Positions 1 through 8,251 of a stretch of 64,000 nucleotides of DNA are shown piece after piece. The position numbers were made by a program, and so were the translations under genes. Location of the stretch: NCBI GenBank assembly GCA_043747615.1, contig JAYTOU010000046.1:52186-116185 (forward strand), in the 5' to 3' direction. Source of the DNA: Myxococcales bacterium (lineage in GTDB: Bacteria > Myxococcota_A > Polyangia > Polyangiales > Polyangiaceae). The stretch's first letter is position 1, and every line of letters begins with the position of its first letter. The notes below the pieces were generated by a model. The model did no database searches and was not told the DNA's origin. It worked only from the letters and a program-made list of their open reading frames with translations.

Positions 1-87
1 ACACCCAAGGTCACGCCCCCTCCTTTCGCATCGAGCGCAGCGCCTCCGGCTTCGAGCGCGGTCGACATTTTCGGCCGTCGAAAATGA
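1..87 (+). CDS. 3' end of an upstream gene, probably the C-terminal tail of a myxobacterial membrane Ser/Thr kinase
   Basis: Frame 1 is open from base 1 and reads TPKVTPPPFASSAAPPASSAVDIFGRRK, stop TGA at 85-87, 1 nt before the next start. Pro/Ser/Ala-rich tails ending in D-x-F-G-x-R-K resemble Polyangiaceae kinase tails. The kinase domain itself is outside the window. Confidence 0.5.
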   Translation, partial: TPKVTPPPFASSAAPPASSAVDIFGRRK

Positions 88-88
88 C

Positions 89-1078
89 GTGCTGAGCAAG
101 CGTCAGCAGTGCGGATGTCAGGTGGCGGCCCTCGGCGTCGTTCTCGGCCTCGTCTCGACCGCGGGTGCCGACGGGCGCGATCCGGCGGCGGCCGAAGCTC
201 TTTTTCTGGACGGTCGGCAGGACGTCCAGCGCTCCGACTACGCCGCCGCGTGCCCAAAGTTTGCGGAGAGCGAGCGCCTCGACCCCGCCGCCGGAACGCT
301 GATCAACCTGAGCGACTGCGAAGAGCACCTCGGTCTTTTGGCCAGCGCGTGGGAGCATTGGCGGGCGGCGATCGATCAGCTCGCTCCCGAAGATCCCCGC
401 CTCCCGGTGATCAAGGAGCGCGCGACGAGCCTCGAGAAGCGGCTCTCGCATCTCACGATCAAGCTCGTGGCCAGCGCTCCACACGACACGCGGGTCACGC
501 GCGACGACGTGGAGATCGGAGATGCATCGCGGGGGATCGCGCTACCCGTCAACGCCGGTGAGCACGTGATCGTCGTGGGCCTCGAAGGCCGCACCCGACG
601 CTTCACCGTCGCGATTTCGGAGGGAGAATCCAAGGAAATCGTGGTGGAGCCGGCGCCCGCGCCCATCCTTCTTCCGCCCGCCGTGCTTGCGCCGCCGCGT
701 TTCAACGATCCCGAAGTCGAAGCTCCTCACTCCACGCGCGCCCTCGGCTTTGCCATCGCCGGCGTGGGCGTAGCCGGCCTCGCGGTCGGGACGGTGACTG
801 GGGTGATGGCCATCGGGAAAAAGTCAGTAGTAGGCGCCAACTGCGACTCCTCTAAAGCGTGCAACATACACGGATACGATGCCGCCGTCACTGGACGCAC
901 CCTCTCGACCGTGAGCACGATCGCCGTCGTCGCTGGGCTCGTCGGCGTTGCCGCCGGCGCGTTTTTAGTCGTCTCGAGCCCGCGCGCGAAGACGTCCGCA
1001 AGCGCTCGCGCGGCTTCTTCATTGACTCCGTCTTTTCACCTCAGCGGGGCGAGCCTCTACTTCACGAGGACGTTCTGA
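89..1078 (+). CDS. Exported TPR + PEGA-like protein with C-terminal Gly-rich hydrophobic hairpin
   Basis: Signal peptide (..VSTAGA|DG), TPR-like AAAEALFLDGR..YAAACPKFAESERLDP..TLINLSDCEE, PEGA-like beta domain, two Gly/Ala-rich hydrophobic helices flanking a Cys pair, C-terminus ..LYFTRTF. Confidence 0.75.
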   Translation: MLSKRQQCGCQVAALGVVLGLVSTAGADGRDPAAAEALFLDGRQDVQRSDYAAACPKFAESERLDPAAGTLINLSDCEEHLGLLASAWEHWRAAIDQLAPEDPRLPVIKERATSLEKRLSHLTIKLVASAPHDTRVTRDDVEIGDASRGIALPVNAGEHVIVVGLEGRTRRFTVAISEGESKEIVVEPAPAPILLPPAVLAPPRFNDPEVEAPHSTRALGFAIAGVGVAGLAVGTVTGVMAIGKKSVVGANCDSSKACNIHGYDAAVTGRTLSTVSTIAVVAGLVGVAAGAFLVVSSPRAKTSASARAASSLTPSFHLSGASLYFTRTF

Positions 1079-1083
1079 CGCTC

Positions 1084-2178
1084 TTGCGCAGGCCGCGAGT
1101 CTTCGCCGCCATTCCGCTCGCGCTCGCTGCGCTCTTCGGGTGCCAGAGCATCATCGGCGCCGATTTCTCCGGTCATCACCTCGAGGTGTGTAACCCCGCA
1201 ACATTTCCGCCTCCGCCGAAGATCACCGGCGCGGGCAGTGGCGCAGACATCGTCCTCGTCACCTCGAAGATCGATCTCGGTGAGTACGACCGGCCCGATG
1301 GTGCCCCCGGCTACGCGACGATCGGCTACTCGCTCGACGGCGTATGCAACCGCGACCAGGCCTGCGCCGCCGCCGCGTGGACGGGCGCACATCTCATCAG
1401 AGGACTCGACGGGCGCGACAACGGGCTCGGCGAGCTGATGCACGGGCAGCTCGAGTTCTTTCATCAGGTCGTCTTCAGCACCGACATGCTCAACTTGAAC
1501 CTGAAGAACGGCACTCACGCGCCACTCTTCATTTTTAAAGTCGCCGACTACAGCGGCTTCTCCGACGACGACGAAGTCGAAGTCACGCTCTACGTCGCGA
1601 GCCCGCAAGCGGAAGACGGAAAGAACTTCGTTCCTCGCTGGGACGGCACCGACCAGTGGCCGATCGCCCCTCTTCCTGGCGCCGTGGCAGATGCGGGTCC
1701 GCTCGTGCCGGCGTCGTACGTTGACAAAAATGCCTACGTCTCCAACTACACTCTCACTGCGCGGTTTCCGCCGGGCGCGACCATCCATTTTTCGAACGTC
1801 GCCTTCATGACGAACGAGCTCGTGGCCACGGGGCAGATCAATCCGATGACCAAGACCATGAGCCACGGGGTCCTCTCCGGGCGCATGGGGATCGCGGAAA
1901 TGTTCCGCCACGTGCCGGAGGTGACGCAGCTTCTTCTCAGTCAGACGCTCTGCATCGACAATCCGAACTACGCTCGCATCAAAACCTATTTTTGCTCCTT
2001 CGCCGACGTGCGCGCGGACGCCAAAGCGACGGGCGGCGACTGCGACGGTCTCTCCCTCGGCGTGGGCTTCGATGCCGCGCCTGCCAACCTCGGTAAGGTC
2101 GTGATTCCCACTCCTGTGCCGGGCTGCCCTCCGGCGACGACCACGAACAACGACACTTGCCAGAGGCCGCCCCTGTGA
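1084..2178 (+). CDS. Hypothetical Cys-containing lipoprotein
   Basis: The ORF track starts at 859, but the plausible start is TTG 1084 (or CTG 1075 overlapping the upstream TGA). Lipoprotein signal RRPRVFAAIPLALAALFG|C; several Cys pairs. Confidence 0.7.
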   Translation: MRRPRVFAAIPLALAALFGCQSIIGADFSGHHLEVCNPATFPPPPKITGAGSGADIVLVTSKIDLGEYDRPDGAPGYATIGYSLDGVCNRDQACAAAAWTGAHLIRGLDGRDNGLGELMHGQLEFFHQVVFSTDMLNLNLKNGTHAPLFIFKVADYSGFSDDDEVEVTLYVASPQAEDGKNFVPRWDGTDQWPIAPLPGAVADAGPLVPASYVDKNAYVSNYTLTARFPPGATIHFSNVAFMTNELVATGQINPMTKTMSHGVLSGRMGIAEMFRHVPEVTQLLLSQTLCIDNPNYARIKTYFCSFADVRADAKATGGDCDGLSLGVGFDAAPANLGKVVIPTPVPGCPPATTTNNDTCQRPPL

Positions 2179-2564
2179 AAACGTTTTTCGTCGTCGTCAC
2201 CTTCGCTGCCGTGATCGCTGGGTGCAGCACATCGAGCACCAGCCCGGCCGATGCCTCGGTAGACACCCACACGCGTGATCCCAACGCGAACTGCATCAAG
2301 CCGGGCACGCCCAACAACGAGCTCGGCGTCGGCGGTTACTGCGAGACCGTCGCCCAGTGCCCTGCGGTCGACGGCGGCATCCGATTTTGCTCGGGTCAGT
2401 TCGGCGCTCCGGAGACGGCTTGGTTCTGCACACGTCCCTGCTCGACAGACTCCGACTGCGGGAGCGACGAATACTGCGCGACCGATCCCCGCGGCGTCGC
2501 GTGCGTGCCGCGCATCTGTGGGCCGACAGACGCGGGCTCCACCGCCGACGCACGCTCCGACTGA
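2175..2564 (+). CDS. Small Cys-rich lipoprotein
   Basis: GTG at 2175 overlaps the upstream TGA (GTGA). Lipobox VIAG|C; 10 further Cys in about 75 aa. Confidence 0.75.
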   Translation: MKTFFVVVTFAAVIAGCSTSSTSPADASVDTHTRDPNANCIKPGTPNNELGVGGYCETVAQCPAVDGGIRFCSGQFGAPETAWFCTRPCSTDSDCGSDEYCATDPRGVACVPRICGPTDAGSTADARSD

Positions 2565-2593
2565 GCGACAGGAGAGCGCGCAGATCGAGGCTT

Positions 2594-4489
2594 TTACGGA
2601 GGCGATTCCTGCATCCTCGGCTCCACTGTCGGGGGGGCGGTGGACTCCAGGACCTCCGCGCGTTCGTGTGCAAACTGCATACGATAGAGGCGCGCGTAGA
2701 CTCCGGCGAGCGCCAAGAGCTCCTCGTGAGAGCCTTGCTCCACCACCCGGCCCTTGTGAAAGACCACGATGCGATCGACGGCCTTGATCGTCGATAGGCG
2801 GTGGGCGATGACGATCGCCGTGCGCCCCGCCATCACACCATCGAGCGCCACTTGGAGGCGCGCTTCGGTGTCGGAGTCCACGCTGGCCGTAGCTTCGTCG
2901 AGGATGAGAATCGGCGAATCGCGATAGACCGCGCGCGCAAAGGCCAGGAGCTGCCTTTCACCCGCGCTGAAGTTGGCCCCGCGCTCGTCCACCTTCGCAT
3001 CGAGGCCGCCCTCGCGATGGATGAAAAGCTCTAGGGCCCCGATCCGGGTCAGAGCGGCCTCGGCCTTCTTGCGATCGGGCGAAGGATCGCTCATCGCCAC
3101 GTTGGAGAGGACGGTTCCCGCAAAGAGGAAGACGTCTTGAGGAACGACGGAGAATTTTTCGCGCAGCGCGCTCCTGTCCCCCGCGCGCACGTCCTCGCCG
3201 AGCACGCGCACGTAACCGCTATTGACCTCGTAGAGACGCAAGACAAGGCTCGCGACCGTGGTCTTTCCGGCGCCTGTGGCTCCCACCAGTGCGACGCGTT
3301 CCCCTCTTCGTGCCACGAGTGAAACGTCTTTCAACACCGGCACGCCGGGCTTGTACTCGAAGCTCACGTTGACGAGAGCAATCGCTTCGTCGGCCGGCCC
3401 TGCGGGAGCACATTGCGCGGCGTCGCGCGCAGGCTCATCGACCTCTTTCACGTCGAGGAGCTGAAAAATACGCTCCGCGCCGGCCATCGCCGACTGGAGG
3501 AGCGTGTAGCGCTGCGAGAGCATGCTCACCGGTTCGAAGAATTTCTTGATGTACTGGGTGAAGGTGACCACCAGCGGAAAAGACACCGCGTGCGAGCCCA
3601 CCCGATGAAAGCCCGACCACCAAAGGACGCTCGCGATGCACAGCGTTCCGACCATCTCGATGGCTGCATCGAGAATCGCGTCGTAGTAGATCGAGCGCTT
3701 GTTGGCATCGAGGTACTCGAGGTTGATCTCGTCGAACTCCTGCGCGGTCTTCACTTCGCGCCCGTAGGCTTGAACGACGGCGATGCCGTTCACCTGCTCG
3801 TTCAGGAACGAGTTGAGCCGCGCGGTCTTGGTGCGGATGTCGCGAAACGCGGCGCGCGAGCGCTTCCGAACCCAGTGGACGATGCCCCCAACGACCGGCA
3901 GAGCGGCAAACGCAATGCACGACAGCTTCCAGTCGAGGGCGACCATCATGATCACGATGCCCACCAACGAGAAAAAATCTCCGATGGCGTTGAGGACGCC
4001 GGACGCGAACATTTCGCCGACGGCGTCGACGTCGTTCGTGCCCCGAGTGACGAGGCGGCCTACCGGCGTGCGATCGAAATACCGCAGCTGAAGGCTCTGG
4101 AGAAAAACGAAAATGTGGGCGCGGAGATCGGCCATGGCGCGCGCGCCGGTGACCTGCATCGTGTAGACCTGCGCGAAGTTGAGGGACTGCGACACGAGGA
4201 GGATGAGGGCGAGCCCGACTCCATCACGAAGGAGGGCCGCGCGGTCGTGAAGCGAGGCCTGCCGCACCACGTCGCCCATCAAGAGCGGCTGAACGAGATT
4301 GAGCGCGGTGAGCCCCACGAGAGCCACGAGCGACAAGAAAAGAAACCTCACATGCGGCTTCACGAAGGGCCATAGGCGCTGGATGAGCCGAGCGTCGTAG
4401 GCCTTTCCGATGGCGTCTTCCTCATGGAAGGCCCGGAGCTTTTCCTCGGCGCGCGTCTTCGCCTTCACGGGCTGCGCACTGGTGGTCAT
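2594..4489 (-). CDS. ABC exporter TMD+NBD subunit (YheH/BmrD/MdlB-like half of a heterodimer)
   Basis: TMD followed by Walker A GATGAGKT, variant signature FSAGERQ, Walker B ILILDE, H-loop IAHR. Confidence 0.92.
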   Translation of the reverse strand: MTTSAQPVKAKTRAEEKLRAFHEEDAIGKAYDARLIQRLWPFVKPHVRFLFLSLVALVGLTALNLVQPLLMGDVVRQASLHDRAALLRDGVGLALILLVSQSLNFAQVYTMQVTGARAMADLRAHIFVFLQSLQLRYFDRTPVGRLVTRGTNDVDAVGEMFASGVLNAIGDFFSLVGIVIMMVALDWKLSCIAFAALPVVGGIVHWVRKRSRAAFRDIRTKTARLNSFLNEQVNGIAVVQAYGREVKTAQEFDEINLEYLDANKRSIYYDAILDAAIEMVGTLCIASVLWWSGFHRVGSHAVSFPLVVTFTQYIKKFFEPVSMLSQRYTLLQSAMAGAERIFQLLDVKEVDEPARDAAQCAPAGPADEAIALVNVSFEYKPGVPVLKDVSLVARRGERVALVGATGAGKTTVASLVLRLYEVNSGYVRVLGEDVRAGDRSALREKFSVVPQDVFLFAGTVLSNVAMSDPSPDRKKAEAALTRIGALELFIHREGGLDAKVDERGANFSAGERQLLAFARAVYRDSPILILDEATASVDSDTEARLQVALDGVMAGRTAIVIAHRLSTIKAVDRIVVFHKGRVVEQGSHEELLALAGVYARLYRMQFAHERAEVLESTAPPTVEPRMQESPP

Positions 4490-6306
4490 GCGATCCCCAC
4501 GGGGAGTGGGCCCGAGGGCAACGGAACGTGATCGACGTCGAACTCTTCGAGCTCACGGGCCATACGTTGCTCTTCGGCGAACGCCGCGTAGAGGCCGCCC
4601 TTGGCGAGGAGCTCGTCGTGCGTGCCACGCTCCACGACCTTGCCCTGGTCGAGCACGATGATCGAATCGCAGCGGGCTGCGGCTGCGATCCGGTGGGTGA
4701 TGAGGACCACGGTGCGCTTCTCGGCCTGACGCTCGATCGACTTCAAGATCAAGGCTTCGGTCTTCGCGTCGACGGCGCTGAGCGGGTCGTCGAGCATGAG
4801 GATCTTCGGCTCCCAAGCAAGGGCTCTGGCAAGTGCGATGCGCTGTTTCTGGCCGCCGGACAGCTGGACCCCACGCTCGCCGACGACCGTGTCGAACTGC
4901 TCGGGGAGCTCGAGGGCCTCATCGAGCATCTGGGCCTCGCCCGCGGCGTCGCGAATCTTCGTCATCGCCTCGGGCGAGTCGGGGTCCATGAGAGCAAAGC
5001 CGATGTTGCGCGAGACGGTCGTGGAGAAGAGGAATGCGTCCTGCTGGGCGTAGCCGATCGCGGTGCGCACGGCGGCGAGCGGGATGTCGCAGACGTCGTG
5101 ACCGTCGATCCGAACGGCGCCCGGCGGGGTCGGGAGGAGGCGCGCGAGGAGCATGGCGAGCGTGGATTTGCCCGACCCGGTGCGTCCTACGATGGCCAGA
5201 GATGCGCCCGCTGGCACCTCGAAGCTCACGCCGTCGAGCACCGTGCGCGCACCGTACTTGAAAGAAAGATCGGACACCGCGAGGGCGCCTTCCATGTCTT
5301 TCGGCGCGGGGAGCGGACCGTCGGCCACCTCGGGAACGGCGTCGAAGATTTCTTGAAGGCGACTGAAGCCCGCACGACCTCGCTGAATGATGGAAAGCGA
5401 AAATCCGAGAGCGATCATCGGCCAGGTCATTCGCCCGAGTGCGAGAGAGAAGGCGAAGAAATCTCCTTGGGAGATGCCGCCGTTCTCTGGTCCCTTCAAG
5501 AGGAGCGTGCCTCCAAACCAGAAGAAGACGAGGATCCCCGCCGCGCTCGTGGCGCCCATCACCGGCCCCATCGACCCGCGAAGACGCGCAAGCCCGAGGC
5601 TGGCATCGAGGTACGCGTTGTTCGCGGTCTGGAATCGCAGCAGCTCGCGGCCCTCGAGCGCAAAGCTCCGCACCACGCGCACCCCGGCCAGATTCGTCTG
5701 CAGCGATTCGCTCAGTTTTCCGAGGGTCTCCTGATTTGCGCGGGTCCGCGTGAAGAGCCCCTTCGAGAAGCTGCGCGTCACCACCACGAGGAGCGGGAGC
5801 ATCACGAAGACTGCGAGCGTGAGACGCGCCGAGATGGTCGCCATGACCTGAAGGGCGCTCGCAAATCCGAGGACGACGTTCACGATGTTGAGCACGCCGA
5901 AGCCGAAGAGCAGACGCACTTGAATGAGATCGCCGGTGGAGCGGCTCATGATTTCGCCGGAGGACATCTTCCGATAGAACGCCGCGCCGAGGCGGTGCAG
6001 GCGGTCGAGGAGGACCGCGCGCATCTCGTATTCGACGTCGCGGCCGGCGTTGAAGATGAACCAGCGGCTCGCCACGCGCGTGAAGAACGCCACGATCGCC
6101 AGCCCGAATATGAACATCGCCGGACGAAAAGCGGCCTCCGGATCCGGGCCAAAGATGAGGTCGATCGCCGATTTCGAGAGCCAGTCGATCCGATTCATCG
6201 CCAGCTGGAAGACGGCGAGCACGAGCCAGCCCGCAGCGTAGACGGGGAGGTGGCGGCGAAAGGACCCTCCGAGGGTCGTGGGTAACTCTTGGACTTTGAC
6301 GGGCAC
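4486..6306 (-). CDS. ABC exporter TMD+NBD subunit (YheI/BmrC/MdlA-like half, degenerate Walker B)
   Basis: Walker A GRTGSGKS, LSGGQKQ, Walker B ILMLDD (Asp in place of the catalytic Glu). 4-nt overlap with its partner. Likely start GTG 6306. Confidence 0.92.
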   Translation of the reverse strand: MPVKVQELPTTLGGSFRRHLPVYAAGWLVLAVFQLAMNRIDWLSKSAIDLIFGPDPEAAFRPAMFIFGLAIVAFFTRVASRWFIFNAGRDVEYEMRAVLLDRLHRLGAAFYRKMSSGEIMSRSTGDLIQVRLLFGFGVLNIVNVVLGFASALQVMATISARLTLAVFVMLPLLVVVTRSFSKGLFTRTRANQETLGKLSESLQTNLAGVRVVRSFALEGRELLRFQTANNAYLDASLGLARLRGSMGPVMGATSAAGILVFFWFGGTLLLKGPENGGISQGDFFAFSLALGRMTWPMIALGFSLSIIQRGRAGFSRLQEIFDAVPEVADGPLPAPKDMEGALAVSDLSFKYGARTVLDGVSFEVPAGASLAIVGRTGSGKSTLAMLLARLLPTPPGAVRIDGHDVCDIPLAAVRTAIGYAQQDAFLFSTTVSRNIGFALMDPDSPEAMTKIRDAAGEAQMLDEALELPEQFDTVVGERGVQLSGGQKQRIALARALAWEPKILMLDDPLSAVDAKTEALILKSIERQAEKRTVVLITHRIAAAARCDSIIVLDQGKVVERGTHDELLAKGGLYAAFAEEQRMARELEEFDVDHVPLPSGPLPVGIA

Positions 6307-6313
6307 GCGTTCC

Positions 6314-7360
6314 TCAGCGAGCCGGAAGGGGCTTGCGATGCGAGCTGGAAAGCGAAGGACGCTTACGATCCTCCGCGCTCGCAATGAGATTGGTCACTTC
6401 GAGACGAGCCGCTAGAAGACCGAGCATCACGCGCGCGCCGCCCTTGCCATCGAGCTCCTGCACTACGCCCTCTTTGCCCATGAAGGGCCCGGCGAGCACT
6501 GTCACGTGTGTCCCCTTTTCGACGGGGAGCTTCGCGTCTACGCCCTGGACGATCGGTCTTCGGAGGGGGAGGCGACGCGAGGGAAATGTGGGCTCCCTGA
6601 CGATGAGCGGAGTCGGGATCTCTTGCTCACTCGGCGGAGGCTCGGGCGTCCCCACCGAGCTGGCCCCCGCGCGCGCACGCCGTTCCTTCAGCTTCGTCGC
6701 TCGGCCTTCGTTGTGCTGAGCGCGCGCCGGCTGCGCGGCGTCGTAGGCCATCAGCTTGAATAGCGGGCCGAGCGCGACGAGCGCGTCTGCGAGTTGCTCG
6801 TTCAGGAGCCCAGCGTGCTCGAGCGCCAGATCGCGCGGGAGCGACCAGCCGATCCACAGACCTCCTTGGCGTCGATCGACGAGCGCTCGAACGGCGTCGG
6901 TCTGCATCTCGTGCGCAGGCAGGCACTCCGTCGGGGCGCGCCGGGGCGACTCGTTGGCGAGTAGCCCGCAGAGAAACTGCTCGGGCAAGAGCGCGAGCGC
7001 GCTCCCCACTCCGAGCGACCTGTCTGGATCATCGAGCCGTGCGCGAAAGCTCTTCATCGCCTTGTGCGCTTCGAGTGGGAGCTCGAGGCTCACCTCGACA
7101 TGTTTGGCGTCGATCGTAAGAGCGAGAAAAGCATTCGTGCCTTCGTCGTTTTGCCAGAAGAAGACGCGCTGGCACTCGACTTTGCGAACGTCGGAGCCCG
7201 TCGTCGTCACAACGACGCCGAGCTCTTTGAGGCGCGCGACCACCGAGTCCGACCAGGCGAGCATCCGCGCTTTCAGATCGAGCCGCGCGCGTGGCCCGCC
7301 CGTCTGCCCAGGCGCCGCATGCCCGAGGCCGCCTGTGAGTTGGTCGCGTGGCGTCTTCAT
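6314..7360 (-). CDS. Hypothetical protein with C-terminal NusG-type KOW domain
   Basis: C-terminal VEKGTHVTVLAGPFMGKEGVVQELDGKGGARVML matches the KOW pattern. Likely ATG at 7360. Confidence 0.7.
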   Translation of the reverse strand: MKTPRDQLTGGLGHAAPGQTGGPRARLDLKARMLAWSDSVVARLKELGVVVTTTGSDVRKVECQRVFFWQNDEGTNAFLALTIDAKHVEVSLELPLEAHKAMKSFRARLDDPDRSLGVGSALALLPEQFLCGLLANESPRRAPTECLPAHEMQTDAVRALVDRRQGGLWIGWSLPRDLALEHAGLLNEQLADALVALGPLFKLMAYDAAQPARAQHNEGRATKLKERRARAGASSVGTPEPPPSEQEIPTPLIVREPTFPSRRLPLRRPIVQGVDAKLPVEKGTHVTVLAGPFMGKEGVVQELDGKGGARVMLGLLAARLEVTNLIASAEDRKRPSLSSSHRKPLPAR

Positions 7361-7373
7361 ACGGGGCAACACG

Positions 7374-7401
7374 TTTTTACGGAGTGGCGCGCGCTTGTCA
7401 A
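7374..7401 (-). promoter_or_regulatory. Candidate sigma70 promoter for the KOW gene
   Basis: Minus strand reads TTGACA (7401-7396), 16 nt spacer, TAAAAA (7379-7374). Confidence 0.4.
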
Positions 7402-7496
7402 TCGCAGCTCGCCGCTTGCTTCCCTTGACGGAAAAGCCCACCGTGTCACTACGACATTTTCATCCCCCGCGTCCCTATCGACGAGGAATCACGTTC

Positions 7497-8168
7497 ATGG
7501 CCGATCAACAAATTAACTGTTCCGACTGCGGGGACGCGTTCGTCTTCACTCAGGCAGAGCAGTCGTTCTACGCGGAAAAAGGGCTGACCACAGCGCCCAA
7601 GCGATGCAAAGCGTGCCGAGCTGCGCGCAAGACCTCCCAGGGCGATCGCGGACAAGGCGCCCGTGGATCAGGAGACCGTGGCGGAAGCCGCTTCTCCCCT
7701 TCCAGTCCCAGCCCGCGCGGTGGTGGCGAAGGAGGCTGGCGGCCTCGCTCCCCAGCCGGCGCGCCTACTGGTGGAGGCGGTAGCCCTGGAGGCTGGGATC
7801 GCCCGCGCGGACGAGTCGCCCCTCGCGCAGACGCCCCGCGGCCCCGCGTCGAAGAGGTCCAGTCTCGCGCGCCACGTGACGGCGCTCCCCCGCGGCGTGG
7901 CAACCTCGGCAGCCATGGAGGCGCTGACTTCCGCGCGCCAAAGGCGGCCGAGCCCGCCCGCGAAAAAACGCCGCCCCGTGAGCGCGCACCCAAGCCCAAG
8001 TTCGACATCACGTGCGCCGAATGCGGCACGACATCCCAGGTTCCGTTCAAGCCGCTCGAAGGGCGACAGGTCTTCTGCCAGCCCTGTTACCGTGCCCGCA
8101 AAGGAACCACCGAGACGGCGGTCGCAGGGGCCGCGATTGGTGAAGCGGACAGCGGAACCGTCGAATAG
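7497..8168 (+). CDS. Zinc-ribbon (zf-trcl-like) + CxxC-x17-CxxC domain protein with Arg/Gly/Pro-rich linker
   Basis: ATG 7497 preceded by GAGGA. N-terminal CSDCGDAFVFT..EQSFY..KGL..PKRCKAC; C-terminal FDITCAECG..VPFKP..GRQVFCQPCY. Confidence 0.85.
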   Translation: MADQQINCSDCGDAFVFTQAEQSFYAEKGLTTAPKRCKACRAARKTSQGDRGQGARGSGDRGGSRFSPSSPSPRGGGEGGWRPRSPAGAPTGGGGSPGGWDRPRGRVAPRADAPRPRVEEVQSRAPRDGAPPRRGNLGSHGGADFRAPKAAEPAREKTPPRERAPKPKFDITCAECGTTSQVPFKPLEGRQVFCQPCYRARKGTTETAVAGAAIGEADSGTVE

Positions 8169-8220
8169 CCGTTTTTTCTGAGCAAAAAGAAAAAAGGTTC
8201 TTCTTTCGGTCCTAGACCAA

Positions 8221-8249
8221 TTGTTCACGCGGGGGGGAGTGACTAGACT
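8221..8249 (+). promoter_or_regulatory. Candidate promoter for the RpoH-like gene
   Basis: TTGTTC (8221-8226), 17 nt spacer containing a G7 run, TAGACT (8244-8249). Preceded by an A/T-rich tract at 8172-8206. Confidence 0.4.
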
Positions 8250-8251
8250 AC

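Noticed and set aside
6756..7496. Apparent N-terminal half of a 470-aa ORF
   Set aside because: Antisense to the KOW gene. The real gene starts at ATG 7497 with a ribosome-binding site.
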